Assembly (NCBI GenBank): GCA_964572735.1
Contig: CAZNHE010000005.1
Span: forward strand, 8,170-72,169
Reading direction: 5' to 3'
DNA length: 64,000 bases
Source of the DNA: an uncultured Chitinophagales bacterium
Lineage (GTDB): Bacteria; Bacteroidota; Rhodothermia; Balneolales; DATFMH01
The notes under the pieces were generated by a model that saw only the letters and a program-made list of their open reading frames with translations, had not been told where the DNA came from and did no database searches. Made by a program: the position numbers and the translations under genes. This document shows positions 55,533-63,015 of the stretch, one piece after another (position 1 is the first letter of the stretch; the number at the start of each line of letters is the position of its first letter).

Positions 55533-58259
55533 TCAGGGGCCAAAACTTCCTAAACCTCCCAGTCCTCCCAGGCCGCCGTTGCTGAGTGGGGTATTGCTTT
55601 GCTGCAGGTTATTCAAACCCGGCAGTTTTTGTATAATGGCCTGAAACTGGGAACTGTTGACCGTCAGGCTGAAGAGGTAATACCGGAAACCGCCGAAGGG
55701 ATTGAAGGTAAAATTCAGATTCCAGCAATGCAGGTTGCGCGTCACTCTGAATTGAGAGGGCGTGAGCTTCTTCCTTATAAAATCATACCCCAAAGACGTG
55801 CTTACCCGCCATTTCGGAGTCGGATTAAAAGTGATGCTGCTGGCGTTAATGGTGCCGTTTTGAATAGGCTTTCCGCGTCCGTTATGAGACCAGCTATAAC
55901 GGAAATTAATCGAAAAGGACCAGGGAACATCAAATGGAACAACCGGTTTTTCATCAAAATAGGGGTCAACAGGGTTGAATATCTGCTGGTTAAGTGGGTT
56001 ATAATGGGCAGGATAATAAACCGGTCCCCGCCTGATCCCGCCATTTGCGCCGCCGCTGAACGAGTTGCCCATGCTGACGCTGAAGCTCGTGAGCCGCATC
56101 AGCTTTCCCCGCTCCGCCAGCAGATAATGATTGCTGAGGTTTCCCAGGGAATCGGTCGCATAGAAACTAAACGATGCCGACGCATAGATATTCACATTGT
56201 TAATGATGCTTGTCGACATACTCATACTCAGCGGGGATAGTTTGTTGCGGGCCGCCGTGAAATTATAACTCAGGCCCGCATTCAGGTTATCAATAAGTTT
56301 GATTACTTTTTCCTTCTTCTCGCCTAATGAATCGCGTTTCACCTGCTTTGTCTCTAAAATATTGGAGACGGAAAAGGAGATACTACGCGATTCACCCCCT
56401 TGCGGGCCGCCGATAATACTGTTTCCAAAGATGGGATATTTACTGGTTGCTCCTGACGTATCGGATTGTACCGTCCGATAAATTCCCCAGTAAGGGCTGC
56501 TGAAATCCGGTCTATAAGAAAAACTGATCGTCGGCGAAATGGTATGCCGGAAACCATACAGATTACCGATCCGCTGGTTCCAGATCCCAAAAAAGCGGGT
56601 ATTTAGCGAAATGGAAGTGCTGAACTCATGCGCCGCCGTGAAGCCTTTCACAAAATGAGTTTCTACCCGGTTGGAATCGGCGTTGAACGTTTCGCGAATC
56701 GTCTCGGGGTACCAAAACTCGGAAAAATTCGCACTGGTGGTCAGATGAATAGGACTGTTGGTAAGCAGTTGCAGAGAGAGGCTGCCGTTCTGCCGGAATC
56801 CGAAATTAAATAACTGCTGCTGGCCCGTTGCCTTGTGATACCTGCTTGGATGCAGTATCCCTTCAACCCAATTCACATTGGAAGAATCGTTATCGAGCGG
56901 CCTGAACTCATAATTGCTTTGGAAGGAATTCTGGTATTGCAGGGAAAGCGTTTGATACCAGCGGCGTTTCTCCCCCTGATTGGCGGCGCTGCTCTGAAAC
57001 GGGCTTAATGTTTTCAGGGAAAAGGTCATGTCAGGTCCGGAAAGAGAACCGCTTCTGTCCGACAGGCTTTGTGACTGATGGGCTGAAACCGAAAAGCTGT
57101 ACAGATTATCCGGCTGGTTATAACTATAAGATATCCCCGAATTGGTATTCACCTGGGCCCGCTGATTGATATTATAGGAATTCTTGTCGAAATAATGATT
57201 GGTCATGTAATTAATATTGGCGCTCAGGCTTGCATACGGGGACAGCGTTTGTGAATGACTGATTGCAATCCGTTTCTCTACGGTATGCTTATAATCGGGG
57301 TCCGTAGGCTCAAGGCCCCGGTCGATTGAATAACCAATGTTGATATTTCCGGAGTAAGAACCGTTCTTTGCGTAATTCACGATCCCATTGGCATTAAGCG
57401 TTCCGGAAGTATATACGTCGAAGCTGACTTGTCCAGTCAGATAATCATTAAAATACTGGAACCAGCCGAGGTTTTGTAACCCTAACCCGCGGCCGTTCTG
57501 GTTCTGAAAGGCATACGTGGGAGCCAGGAAACCGGACTGGTGCTTGTTCATCTTCGCGGGTACAAACCCAAATGGAAGTGCTATGGGATAGGGAATATCC
57601 AGGATATACAGACGTGCATCTGTGAAGAAGATCTCCTTCTGGTTGACTACCTTCATCTTCTTCGCTTTAATATAAAAATGGGGGTGATCCAGTTTACAGG
57701 TCGAATAAATCGCATTCTTTATGAAGACGACATTCTTGGTCTTGTTTTTCACCGTGTTGCCGATCAGGATTCCCTGCCCGGCATCTACCTTAGCTACTTT
57801 GAACCGTCCGCGGCTTGTCTTGTAATTAAAGGATATTTGTTCACTGCGGATTTTTTCCGTACCCCTGGTGAGGACCGGCTGGGCCAGTGTATCGGTTTTA
57901 TTGGCAGCCCGGGCGCTTACAATGTGCTTGTCGAGGTTAAGTGATACGGTGCCCGAAGAAAGATTGCCGCCTTCATAGTTTACCTTGGCAGCCCCGTACA
58001 TTGTGGCTTTACGTTGCTCACCCAGTTTAAAAACAAGGGAATCGTTCGCTGTAAAATTGACCGCTCCTTTTGCGGGTTTCCCCCCGAGGGAATCCGTCTC
58101 CGTTTGTTGGGTGAGGGTTTGCTCCTCCTCCCCTCTTCCTGAAATAGATGCCGGGGTATGCTGGGCAAGTACCGGTAAGGCAAGAGCAGGCAATACCACA
58201 AAAACTCCTGTCAGCAGCAAATAAGATGTTAACCCTATGGAATTTTTGTGATGCCACAC
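55533..58259 (-). CDS. lptD: LptD-like LPS-assembly outer-membrane protein (OstA-like N-terminal domain plus a very large beta-barrel)
   Basis: The OstA-like region is VNFTANDSLVFKLGEQRKATMYGAAKVNYEGGNLSSGTVSLNL, followed by a long beta-rich barrel. The start is probably the GTG at 58259 (MWHHKNSIGLTSYLLLTGVFVVLPALALPVLAQ), 7 nt below the ROK stop. The ORF-track start at 58424 would overlap the ROK gene by 158 nt. Confidence 0.65.
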   Translation of the reverse strand: MWHHKNSIGLTSYLLLTGVFVVLPALALPVLAQHTPASISGRGEEEQTLTQQTETDSLGGKPAKGAVNFTANDSLVFKLGEQRKATMYGAAKVNYEGGNLSSGTVSLNLDKHIVSARAANKTDTLAQPVLTRGTEKIRSEQISFNYKTSRGRFKVAKVDAGQGILIGNTVKNKTKNVVFIKNAIYSTCKLDHPHFYIKAKKMKVVNQKEIFFTDARLYILDIPYPIALPFGFVPAKMNKHQSGFLAPTYAFQNQNGRGLGLQNLGWFQYFNDYLTGQVSFDVYTSGTLNANGIVNYAKNGSYSGNINIGYSIDRGLEPTDPDYKHTVEKRIAISHSQTLSPYASLSANINYMTNHYFDKNSYNINQRAQVNTNSGISYSYNQPDNLYSFSVSAHQSQSLSDRSGSLSGPDMTFSLKTLSPFQSSAANQGEKRRWYQTLSLQYQNSFQSNYEFRPLDNDSSNVNWVEGILHPSRYHKATGQQQLFNFGFRQNGSLSLQLLTNSPIHLTTSANFSEFWYPETIRETFNADSNRVETHFVKGFTAAHEFSTSISLNTRFFGIWNQRIGNLYGFRHTISPTISFSYRPDFSSPYWGIYRTVQSDTSGATSKYPIFGNSIIGGPQGGESRSISFSVSNILETKQVKRDSLGEKKEKVIKLIDNLNAGLSYNFTAARNKLSPLSMSMSTSIINNVNIYASASFSFYATDSLGNLSNHYLLAERGKLMRLTSFSVSMGNSFSGGANGGIRRGPVYYPAHYNPLNQQIFNPVDPYFDEKPVVPFDVPWSFSINFRYSWSHNGRGKPIQNGTINASSITFNPTPKWRVSTSLGYDFIRKKLTPSQFRVTRNLHCWNLNFTFNPFGGFRYYLFSLTVNSSQFQAIIQKLPGLNNLQQSNTPLSNGGLGGLGGLGSFGP

Positions 58260-58266
58260 TGAAGGT

Positions 58267-59232
58267 TCAATTGTTGATAACTTCCAGGGCCAGAGATGCC
58301 GCACCCAGCAAGCCCACATCATTCCCCAAAGGCTCGGTGACAATTTCGAAACCGTTGTGGAATGGCTCCAGAAGCCGGGAAAGTGCAGCCGCCCGGGCAG
58401 GTTCCAGAATCCAGTGGCCGGCATTGGCTACCCCGCCGCCAATCACGATTTTTCGTATATCCAAAACGTGGATATAATTAACAATGGCGTACCCCAGCTT
58501 CTCACCGGTAGATTCCAGTGCCTGAATAGCCACCTCGTTGCCTTTTTCAGCGGCGTTATACAGATCAAGCGGCTCCATTTTTTCAGGATCATTTTTGAAT
58601 TTCTGGTAAAGCGGATTCTCCGGATGCCGGCGCAGAAGGTCTACGGCAAAACGGCTCAGAAAGCGTTGGCCGATGTATGCTTCGATACCTCCGCGCGCAG
58701 GGCTGTTGGATTCCGGACCGTGGTAGTTGATGATAACGTGACCCAGCTCGCCCGCACCGCCTGTTTCGCCGCGGAAAAGCTGACGTTTATAAATGATTCC
58801 GCCTCCTACGCCCGTTCCCAGGGTAATCATCACAAAGCTGTCGAAAGCCTTGCCGGTGCCGAAGCGGGACGATCCAAGAGCCGCCGCATTAGCGTCATTT
58901 TCTACCCGGCATTCAAAGCCGGTGCGTCTTTTGATCTCCTTGCTGAGGTCAACAACATTCCATCCCGGGAAATTAGGCGGGGAGGAAACAGTGGTGCGAT
59001 CCCACGAAATAACGCCCGGAGATCCGATTCCCACGCCGACCGGCTTTTCACCTTCGGCATATCCTGCGGCACGCATTACCGCAAGGCTGATCCGGTCCAA
59101 CACATAATCACACCCGTTATCGGCCTCCGTAAGGATGGAGAACTTTTCAAGGATCCCCTTCTTGTCATGGACGAGAGCCCCTTTAATATTTGTTCCACCC
59201 AAATCAATTCCAATTCCTAACATGAACGTCAA
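58267..59232 (-). CDS. ROK-family sugar kinase (glucokinase-like)
   Basis: The motif IGIDLGGTNIKGALV, the ROK signature around GAGELGH and GIGSPG are present. Confidence 0.85.
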   Translation of the reverse strand: MTFMLGIGIDLGGTNIKGALVHDKKGILEKFSILTEADNGCDYVLDRISLAVMRAAGYAEGEKPVGVGIGSPGVISWDRTTVSSPPNFPGWNVVDLSKEIKRRTGFECRVENDANAAALGSSRFGTGKAFDSFVMITLGTGVGGGIIYKRQLFRGETGGAGELGHVIINYHGPESNSPARGGIEAYIGQRFLSRFAVDLLRRHPENPLYQKFKNDPEKMEPLDLYNAAEKGNEVAIQALESTGEKLGYAIVNYIHVLDIRKIVIGGGVANAGHWILEPARAAALSRLLEPFHNGFEIVTEPLGNDVGLLGAASLALEVINN

Positions 59233-59287
59233 ATTTCTAAGTGAATGCCGGCGCCCGGAAATTGTCGGGATCTTCCCAAATCAGCTG

Positions 59288-59617
59288 TTATTTTTCTTCA
59301 ACCCTGTAAACCGTTTCCCCTTTGCGGCGCATCCCGTACTTCTCACGGGCGATCTTCTCGATCAGCTGCGGATTATTTTTCAGGTTCCGGATCTTTTCAT
59401 CCAGCATCCTGGTTTTTTGCTTCAATTCAGCCGTCTTTTCAATCAGGGCTTCCTTGCGCCGATGCAGCTGATAGCGGGTCCACAGGCTGTACGTATCCAA
59501 AAAGCCGAACCAGATGACCAGAAAAAGAACCAGAAGCGCCAGCAAGAAAGACTTGCGCCATCTCAGAGGATTAAGCAGCTTTGTATTCATAAAAGAAATG
59601 CATCCGGTTTTTTTCAA
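59288..59617 (-). CDS. ftsB: FtsB/DivIC-family septum formation initiator
   Basis: It has a single TM segment, a coiled coil and the C-terminal EKIAREKYGMRRKGETVY. The start may instead be the ATG at 59590. Confidence 0.75.
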   Translation of the reverse strand: MKKTGCISFMNTKLLNPLRWRKSFLLALLVLFLVIWFGFLDTYSLWTRYQLHRRKEALIEKTAELKQKTRMLDEKIRNLKNNPQLIEKIAREKYGMRRKGETVYRVEEK

Positions 59618-59801
59618 GATGATGGCATAATATGCCCTTTTTATGATTCAGAAACAATGAAAAGGCGCAAAAGAAGGCTTCGAACCATGGATTTTAGAGG
59701 ATTAACGGATTTCGCTGATTTTTCTGGCAGCCGTCTGTTTCCGGCCGCCGGCATTCACTTGATAATGTTACGTTCTCGTCCCCAACGTATCGGGACAATA
59801 A

Positions 59802-59852
59802 TCACTATGTATTTTCTTTGTGAAACCTTCGTGAACATAGTGGTTCATCTTT
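59802..59852. repeat. Copy B of the 51-nt intergenic repeat; copy A is at 3089-3139
   Basis: It is 44/51 identical to copy A. It contains the 8-bp inverted repeat CACTATGT (59803-59810) / ACATAGTG (59836-59843). Confidence 0.7.
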
Positions 59853-60078
59853 TACACATAGAGCGCTATGGATCCGCTCCGATTATCTGGGCAAAACAAT
59901 TCTTTTAGCGCACTTCGCGGTTCCCGTTGCGATCCCATGTATCGGGGGGTTACTCTTCTAAAGATAACTCAGCGACTCACAATCATTTCAGGCGGGCCCC
60001 GGACCACCAGCCATTGACAAAACCAATATTGCCTTGAAGGACAGATCTGTCTATATTTAAAGCTCCGATCGATTTCAA

Positions 60079-60152
60079 GCGCCCGTAGCTCAACTGGACA
60101 GAGCGTCTGGCTACGGACCAGAAGGCTGAGGGTTCGAATCCTTCCGGGCGTA
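60079..60152 (+). tRNA. tRNA-Arg (anticodon ACG)
   Basis: The cloverleaf was folded by hand. The acceptor is GCGCCCG/CGGGCGT (G1:U72), the D arm is GCTC/GAGC, and the anticodon stem is TCTGG/CCAGA with loop CTACGGA. The T arm is GAGGG-TTCGAAT-CCTTC; no CCA is encoded. Confidence 0.9.
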
Positions 60153-60383
60153 CTTGGTTTAAGGAAATGGTGGGTAACTGGCTGCAAAGATGAGAGGGCC
60201 CACGTTTAGGTGCTTTTAGGCGAATACTTTTTCAGGGACGATATAGGGGCAAAGGGGGACACTCTTACTTTCTCTTTTGCCAACCTCCTGGCTGTTCCCT
60301 TGAGAGAAGCTTTTCTACGAAAAGAACCTTATGCACCTCACGGAGTTGGTACTCGCGAAAAACCGACTTTCACATCTGCTCAC

Positions 60384-60416
60384 AAAAAAAGGAGCAGCCC
60401 TGGTTGCCGCTCCCTT
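60384..60416 (-). terminator. Rho-independent terminator after the yciE-like gene
   Basis: The minus strand reads GGGAGC-GGCAACCAGGGCT-GCTCC followed by TTTTTTT (A-run 60384-60390 on the plus strand). Confidence 0.65.
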
Positions 60417-60437
60417 TTCCGACGTTGCTCATGAAGG

Positions 60438-60953
60438 TTATTCTACGGCGGCCTGTTTGTTTACGGACGATTCTGCAATCTTCGTAAGCTTTTCGTCTGC
60501 CTCCTTTTCTTCCTTCAACGTTTCTTTCAGCAGATCGGCAACCGTGGAATAATCCAGTAGCCGGGCAATGGTGATCAATGAACCATAGGTGGCAATTTCA
60601 TAATGTTCCACTTTCTGAGCCGCCATAATCAGGGCGACATCACGGACTTCCGTGCCCTGCTTGGTTTCACTGATCAACTCCTCGCCTTCTTTTACGATTC
60701 CAGCCATGGCTTCGCATTTCTTGGTCTCGAATTTTTCGTCAAGCATTTCAAAGGCCTGTTTGAGCCGCGAAACATGATATTTCGTTTCTTCCAGATGCTC
60801 CGAGAAAGCTTCCGCCAGCTTTGGAGAGGTGGCGGCCTGTTGCATTTTGGGAAGAACACTGGTCAGTTTTTCTTCCGCCCAGTGAATATCCTTGAGCTGG
60901 TCAAGGAACAATTCACTCAACGTTGTTTTCTTTTCCTGGGATGAGTTGCTCAT
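60438..60953 (-). CDS. Ferritin-like DUF892/YciE-family stress protein
   Basis: The 171-aa ORF has the patterns FLDQLKDIHWAEEKL, LEETKYHVSRL and EHYEIATYGSL, typical of YciE/YciF. Confidence 0.75.
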   Translation of the reverse strand: MSNSSQEKKTTLSELFLDQLKDIHWAEEKLTSVLPKMQQAATSPKLAEAFSEHLEETKYHVSRLKQAFEMLDEKFETKKCEAMAGIVKEGEELISETKQGTEVRDVALIMAAQKVEHYEIATYGSLITIARLLDYSTVADLLKETLKEEKEADEKLTKIAESSVNKQAAVE

Positions 60954-61004
60954 GGTTTTTTCCTTTTTATTTATGATTGAATGATGAATTAGTCCTGTTT
61001 TTGC

Positions 61005-61859
61005 TTAGCCTCCGATCAATTCGCCCCCGTTGGGATGCAAGATTTGGCCGGTCATATAGCTGGCATCTTCCGATGCAAGAAATACATAGCAGGGAGCTAC
61101 TTCTTCAGGCTGACCCGCGCGCCCCATCGGAACGTTGGAACCAAACTTTTCGAGCTTATCTTTAGGGAAAGTGGCGGGAATCAGCGGAGTCCAGATGGGA
61201 CCGGGAGCGACCCCGTTTACACGTATTTTCTTTGACATCAGGGAAAGTGCCAGAGAACGGGTGAAAGCGACAATGGCTCCTTTTGTTGCCGCATAATCAA
61301 TGAGGGTCGGGCTACCCCGGTAAGCGGTTACAGAAGTGGTGTTTATGATGGCAGCCCCTTCATGCAGGTGTTTCAGGGCGGCTTTCACCATATAGAATTG
61401 AGAGAAGACATTGGTTTCAAACGTGGTATGAAGCTGTTCGTCACTTATGTCTTCGATAGTATCCCGCGGAAACTGTTTAGCGGCATTATTTATCAGGATG
61501 TCCAGTTTCCCATAGGTGTTGAGCGTTTCCTTCATTACCTTCTCGCCGGTTTCCTGTTTACTCACATCGCCGCTTATCAGCAGACATTTATGGTTGTATT
61601 CTTCCACAGCTTCTTTCGTATCCCGTGCATCTTCTTCTTCCTCCAGATACACGATACTTATGTCTGCCCCCTCTCTGGCAAAGGCCACTGCTATCGCCCG
61701 GCCTATTCCGCTGTCGCCGCCGGTGATAACAGCTATCTTGCCATCAAGCTTACCGGCGTATTTGTCATATTTTCCCTCATATTGAGGAGAGGGATGCATG
61801 GACCTTTCTTTCCCCGGCTGTTCCGGTTCCAGGACTTCATTCTTCTGAGAGTGAGGCAT
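61005..61859 (-). CDS. SDR-family oxidoreductase (YdaD/YhxC general-stress-protein-like)
   Basis: It has the motifs KIAVITGGDSGIGRA and NNAA, the catalytic Y..K (YAATKGAI) and a long N-terminal extension typical of this subgroup. Confidence 0.8.
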   Translation of the reverse strand: MPHSQKNEVLEPEQPGKERSMHPSPQYEGKYDKYAGKLDGKIAVITGGDSGIGRAIAVAFAREGADISIVYLEEEEDARDTKEAVEEYNHKCLLISGDVSKQETGEKVMKETLNTYGKLDILINNAAKQFPRDTIEDISDEQLHTTFETNVFSQFYMVKAALKHLHEGAAIINTTSVTAYRGSPTLIDYAATKGAIVAFTRSLALSLMSKKIRVNGVAPGPIWTPLIPATFPKDKLEKFGSNVPMGRAGQPEEVAPCYVFLASEDASYMTGQILHPNGGELIGG

Positions 61860-61933
61860 AATTCTTCTTCTTAGGTGGTTGATAAATAGTTCTGTGGAAT
61901 CACCGGCTCTGCACCGAATGCCGCCGCTTTTGT

Positions 61934-62131
61934 TTATGCGCTGTCTTTTTTGACCTTTTTACCTCGTTCTTCGCCCCGCTTCTCAGCCTGAGCCGTAGCT
62001 ATCGAAATAGCTCTTCCCTCGGACATATGCTCATCTTCAACCAGTGCATTTGCTATCTCAATAGCCTTATATCTGATTTCGGCGCGCAGATTCTTCATAG
62101 AGTCAGGATAATTATCTTTTGTCCACGGCAT
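61934..62131 (-). CDS. Small ChaB-like/stress-associated protein (65 aa)
   Basis: The N-terminus MPWTKDNYPDSMKNL...AIEIANAL resembles ChaB-type N-termini (from memory). The ATG at 62131 is preferred; the 142-aa ORF-track version adds an implausible upstream extension. Confidence 0.45.
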   Translation of the reverse strand: MPWTKDNYPDSMKNLRAEIRYKAIEIANALVEDEHMSEGRAISIATAQAEKRGEERGKKVKKDSA

Positions 62132-62639
62132 ATGGCACCTTCTCTCTTTTTTTACGGTTTTGGTTTCAATTTCCGAAAGGGATTTACGTGATTCCGGCTT
62201 TTCCGTCCGGAGGAGTCTCTGCATGTTTCTGCCGGCCGCTCTGAATAGCGTTGCGATAACCTTCAGGGTATAATAAAAGAACGTCGCCGCTTTCCAGATG
62301 CAACGACGGGCTACCGCAAAAAGTTCAGGGGCTCCCGCAGCCATACCGGGATTTTCAGACACGGCTTTGGCGGCGAAAAATGCCTCTATTTGCGCTATTA
62401 CGCCTTAAAATATCCCTCCGACCAACACTTTACCATGTCGGAATCCTCAAAACACCTTTCGGCAGAAACCGTTAGATAATGTCTCACGCTGCTCCACATC
62501 AAAAGCCACAGGATCAACCATCAGCAACGAAACTATGAGAAGAGCTCCTCTCACCAAAAAAACATATAAAACGAGTAACTCGTTGATGAATTTAGTGTTA
62601 TATACCGATTGAATTTTAAAGATATTAGTTTTATTTAAT

Positions 62640-62740
62640 AAAAAAGCCCCACCGAAGCGGGGCAAAAGGCTCTGTGACCTACGGCATATAGCCTTATTGT
62701 GATAAGATTTAGATGGAATCTTATGTGGGTATTCTACCTA
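62640..62740 (-). ncRNA. tracrRNA-like gene (type II CRISPR)
   Basis: The minus strand reads ...AUAAGAUUCCAUCUAAAUCUUAUCACAAU-AAGGCUAUAUGCCGUAGGUCACAGAGCCUUUU-GCCCCGC-UUCG-GUGGGGC-UUUUUU. That is an anti-repeat, then an AAGGC 'nexus' with a GGC/GCC hairpin, then a 7-bp UUCG-loop terminator (62646-62663) and a U6 tract. It is divergent from and 50 nt away from the cas9 start. The 5' end is not determined. Confidence 0.55.
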
Positions 62741-62789
62741 ATCTTTTCGGGATTTGCAACTTTCATTTAAAAACAGGAGAAAAATCATT

Positions 62790-62921
62790 ATGCGCAGGAT
62801 ATTAGGGCTGGATTTAGGTACCAATTCGATTGGCTGGGCAATAGTGGATAAGGAGGAGGAAAAAATATCAGGAGCAGGATTACTGGACATCTGTACCTGC
62901 AATATCAGTAATCCCATCTAA
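62790..62921 (+). pseudogene. cas9: cas9 N-terminal fragment (RuvC-I motif), truncated after about 31 homologous codons
   Basis: Hand translation gives MRRILGLDLGTNSIGWAIVDKEEEKISGAGL then LDICTCNISNPI*. ILGLDLGTNSIGWA is the Cas9 RuvC-I signature with the catalytic Asp. The 43-codon ORF is below the ORF-track cutoff, and AGGAG lies 13 nt upstream. Confidence 0.7.
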
Positions 62922-62936
62922 AGATCAAACCACAAC
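62901..62936 (-). CRISPR. Solitary 36-nt CRISPR repeat-like sequence (GTTGTGGTTTGATCTTTAGATGGGATTACTGATATT)
   Basis: It starts with GTTGTG, as many Bacteroidetes type II repeats do. Repeat positions 1-27 can pair with the tracr anti-repeat (plus coordinates 62696-62720). The duplex has 23 pairs (4 of them G:U), 2 mismatches and a 2-nt bulge. No second copy occurs in the window. Confidence 0.45.
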
Positions 62937-63015
62937 TCGGTTTATAATTGAAGTAGCACTGGAAGGACATGTTTGCGATGAAATCGCTTGGGAGTTGAAC
63001 AAGCAAGGGATTTTG

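Noticed and set aside
61934-62362. The 142-aa ORF-track model of the ChaB-like gene, and the 72-aa ORF at 62447-62665.
   Set aside because: The upstream 77 codons of the former are Ala/Arg-rich with no similarity, and an internal ATG gives a typical 65-aa protein. The latter ORF overlaps the tracr terminator hairpin and looks like chance.
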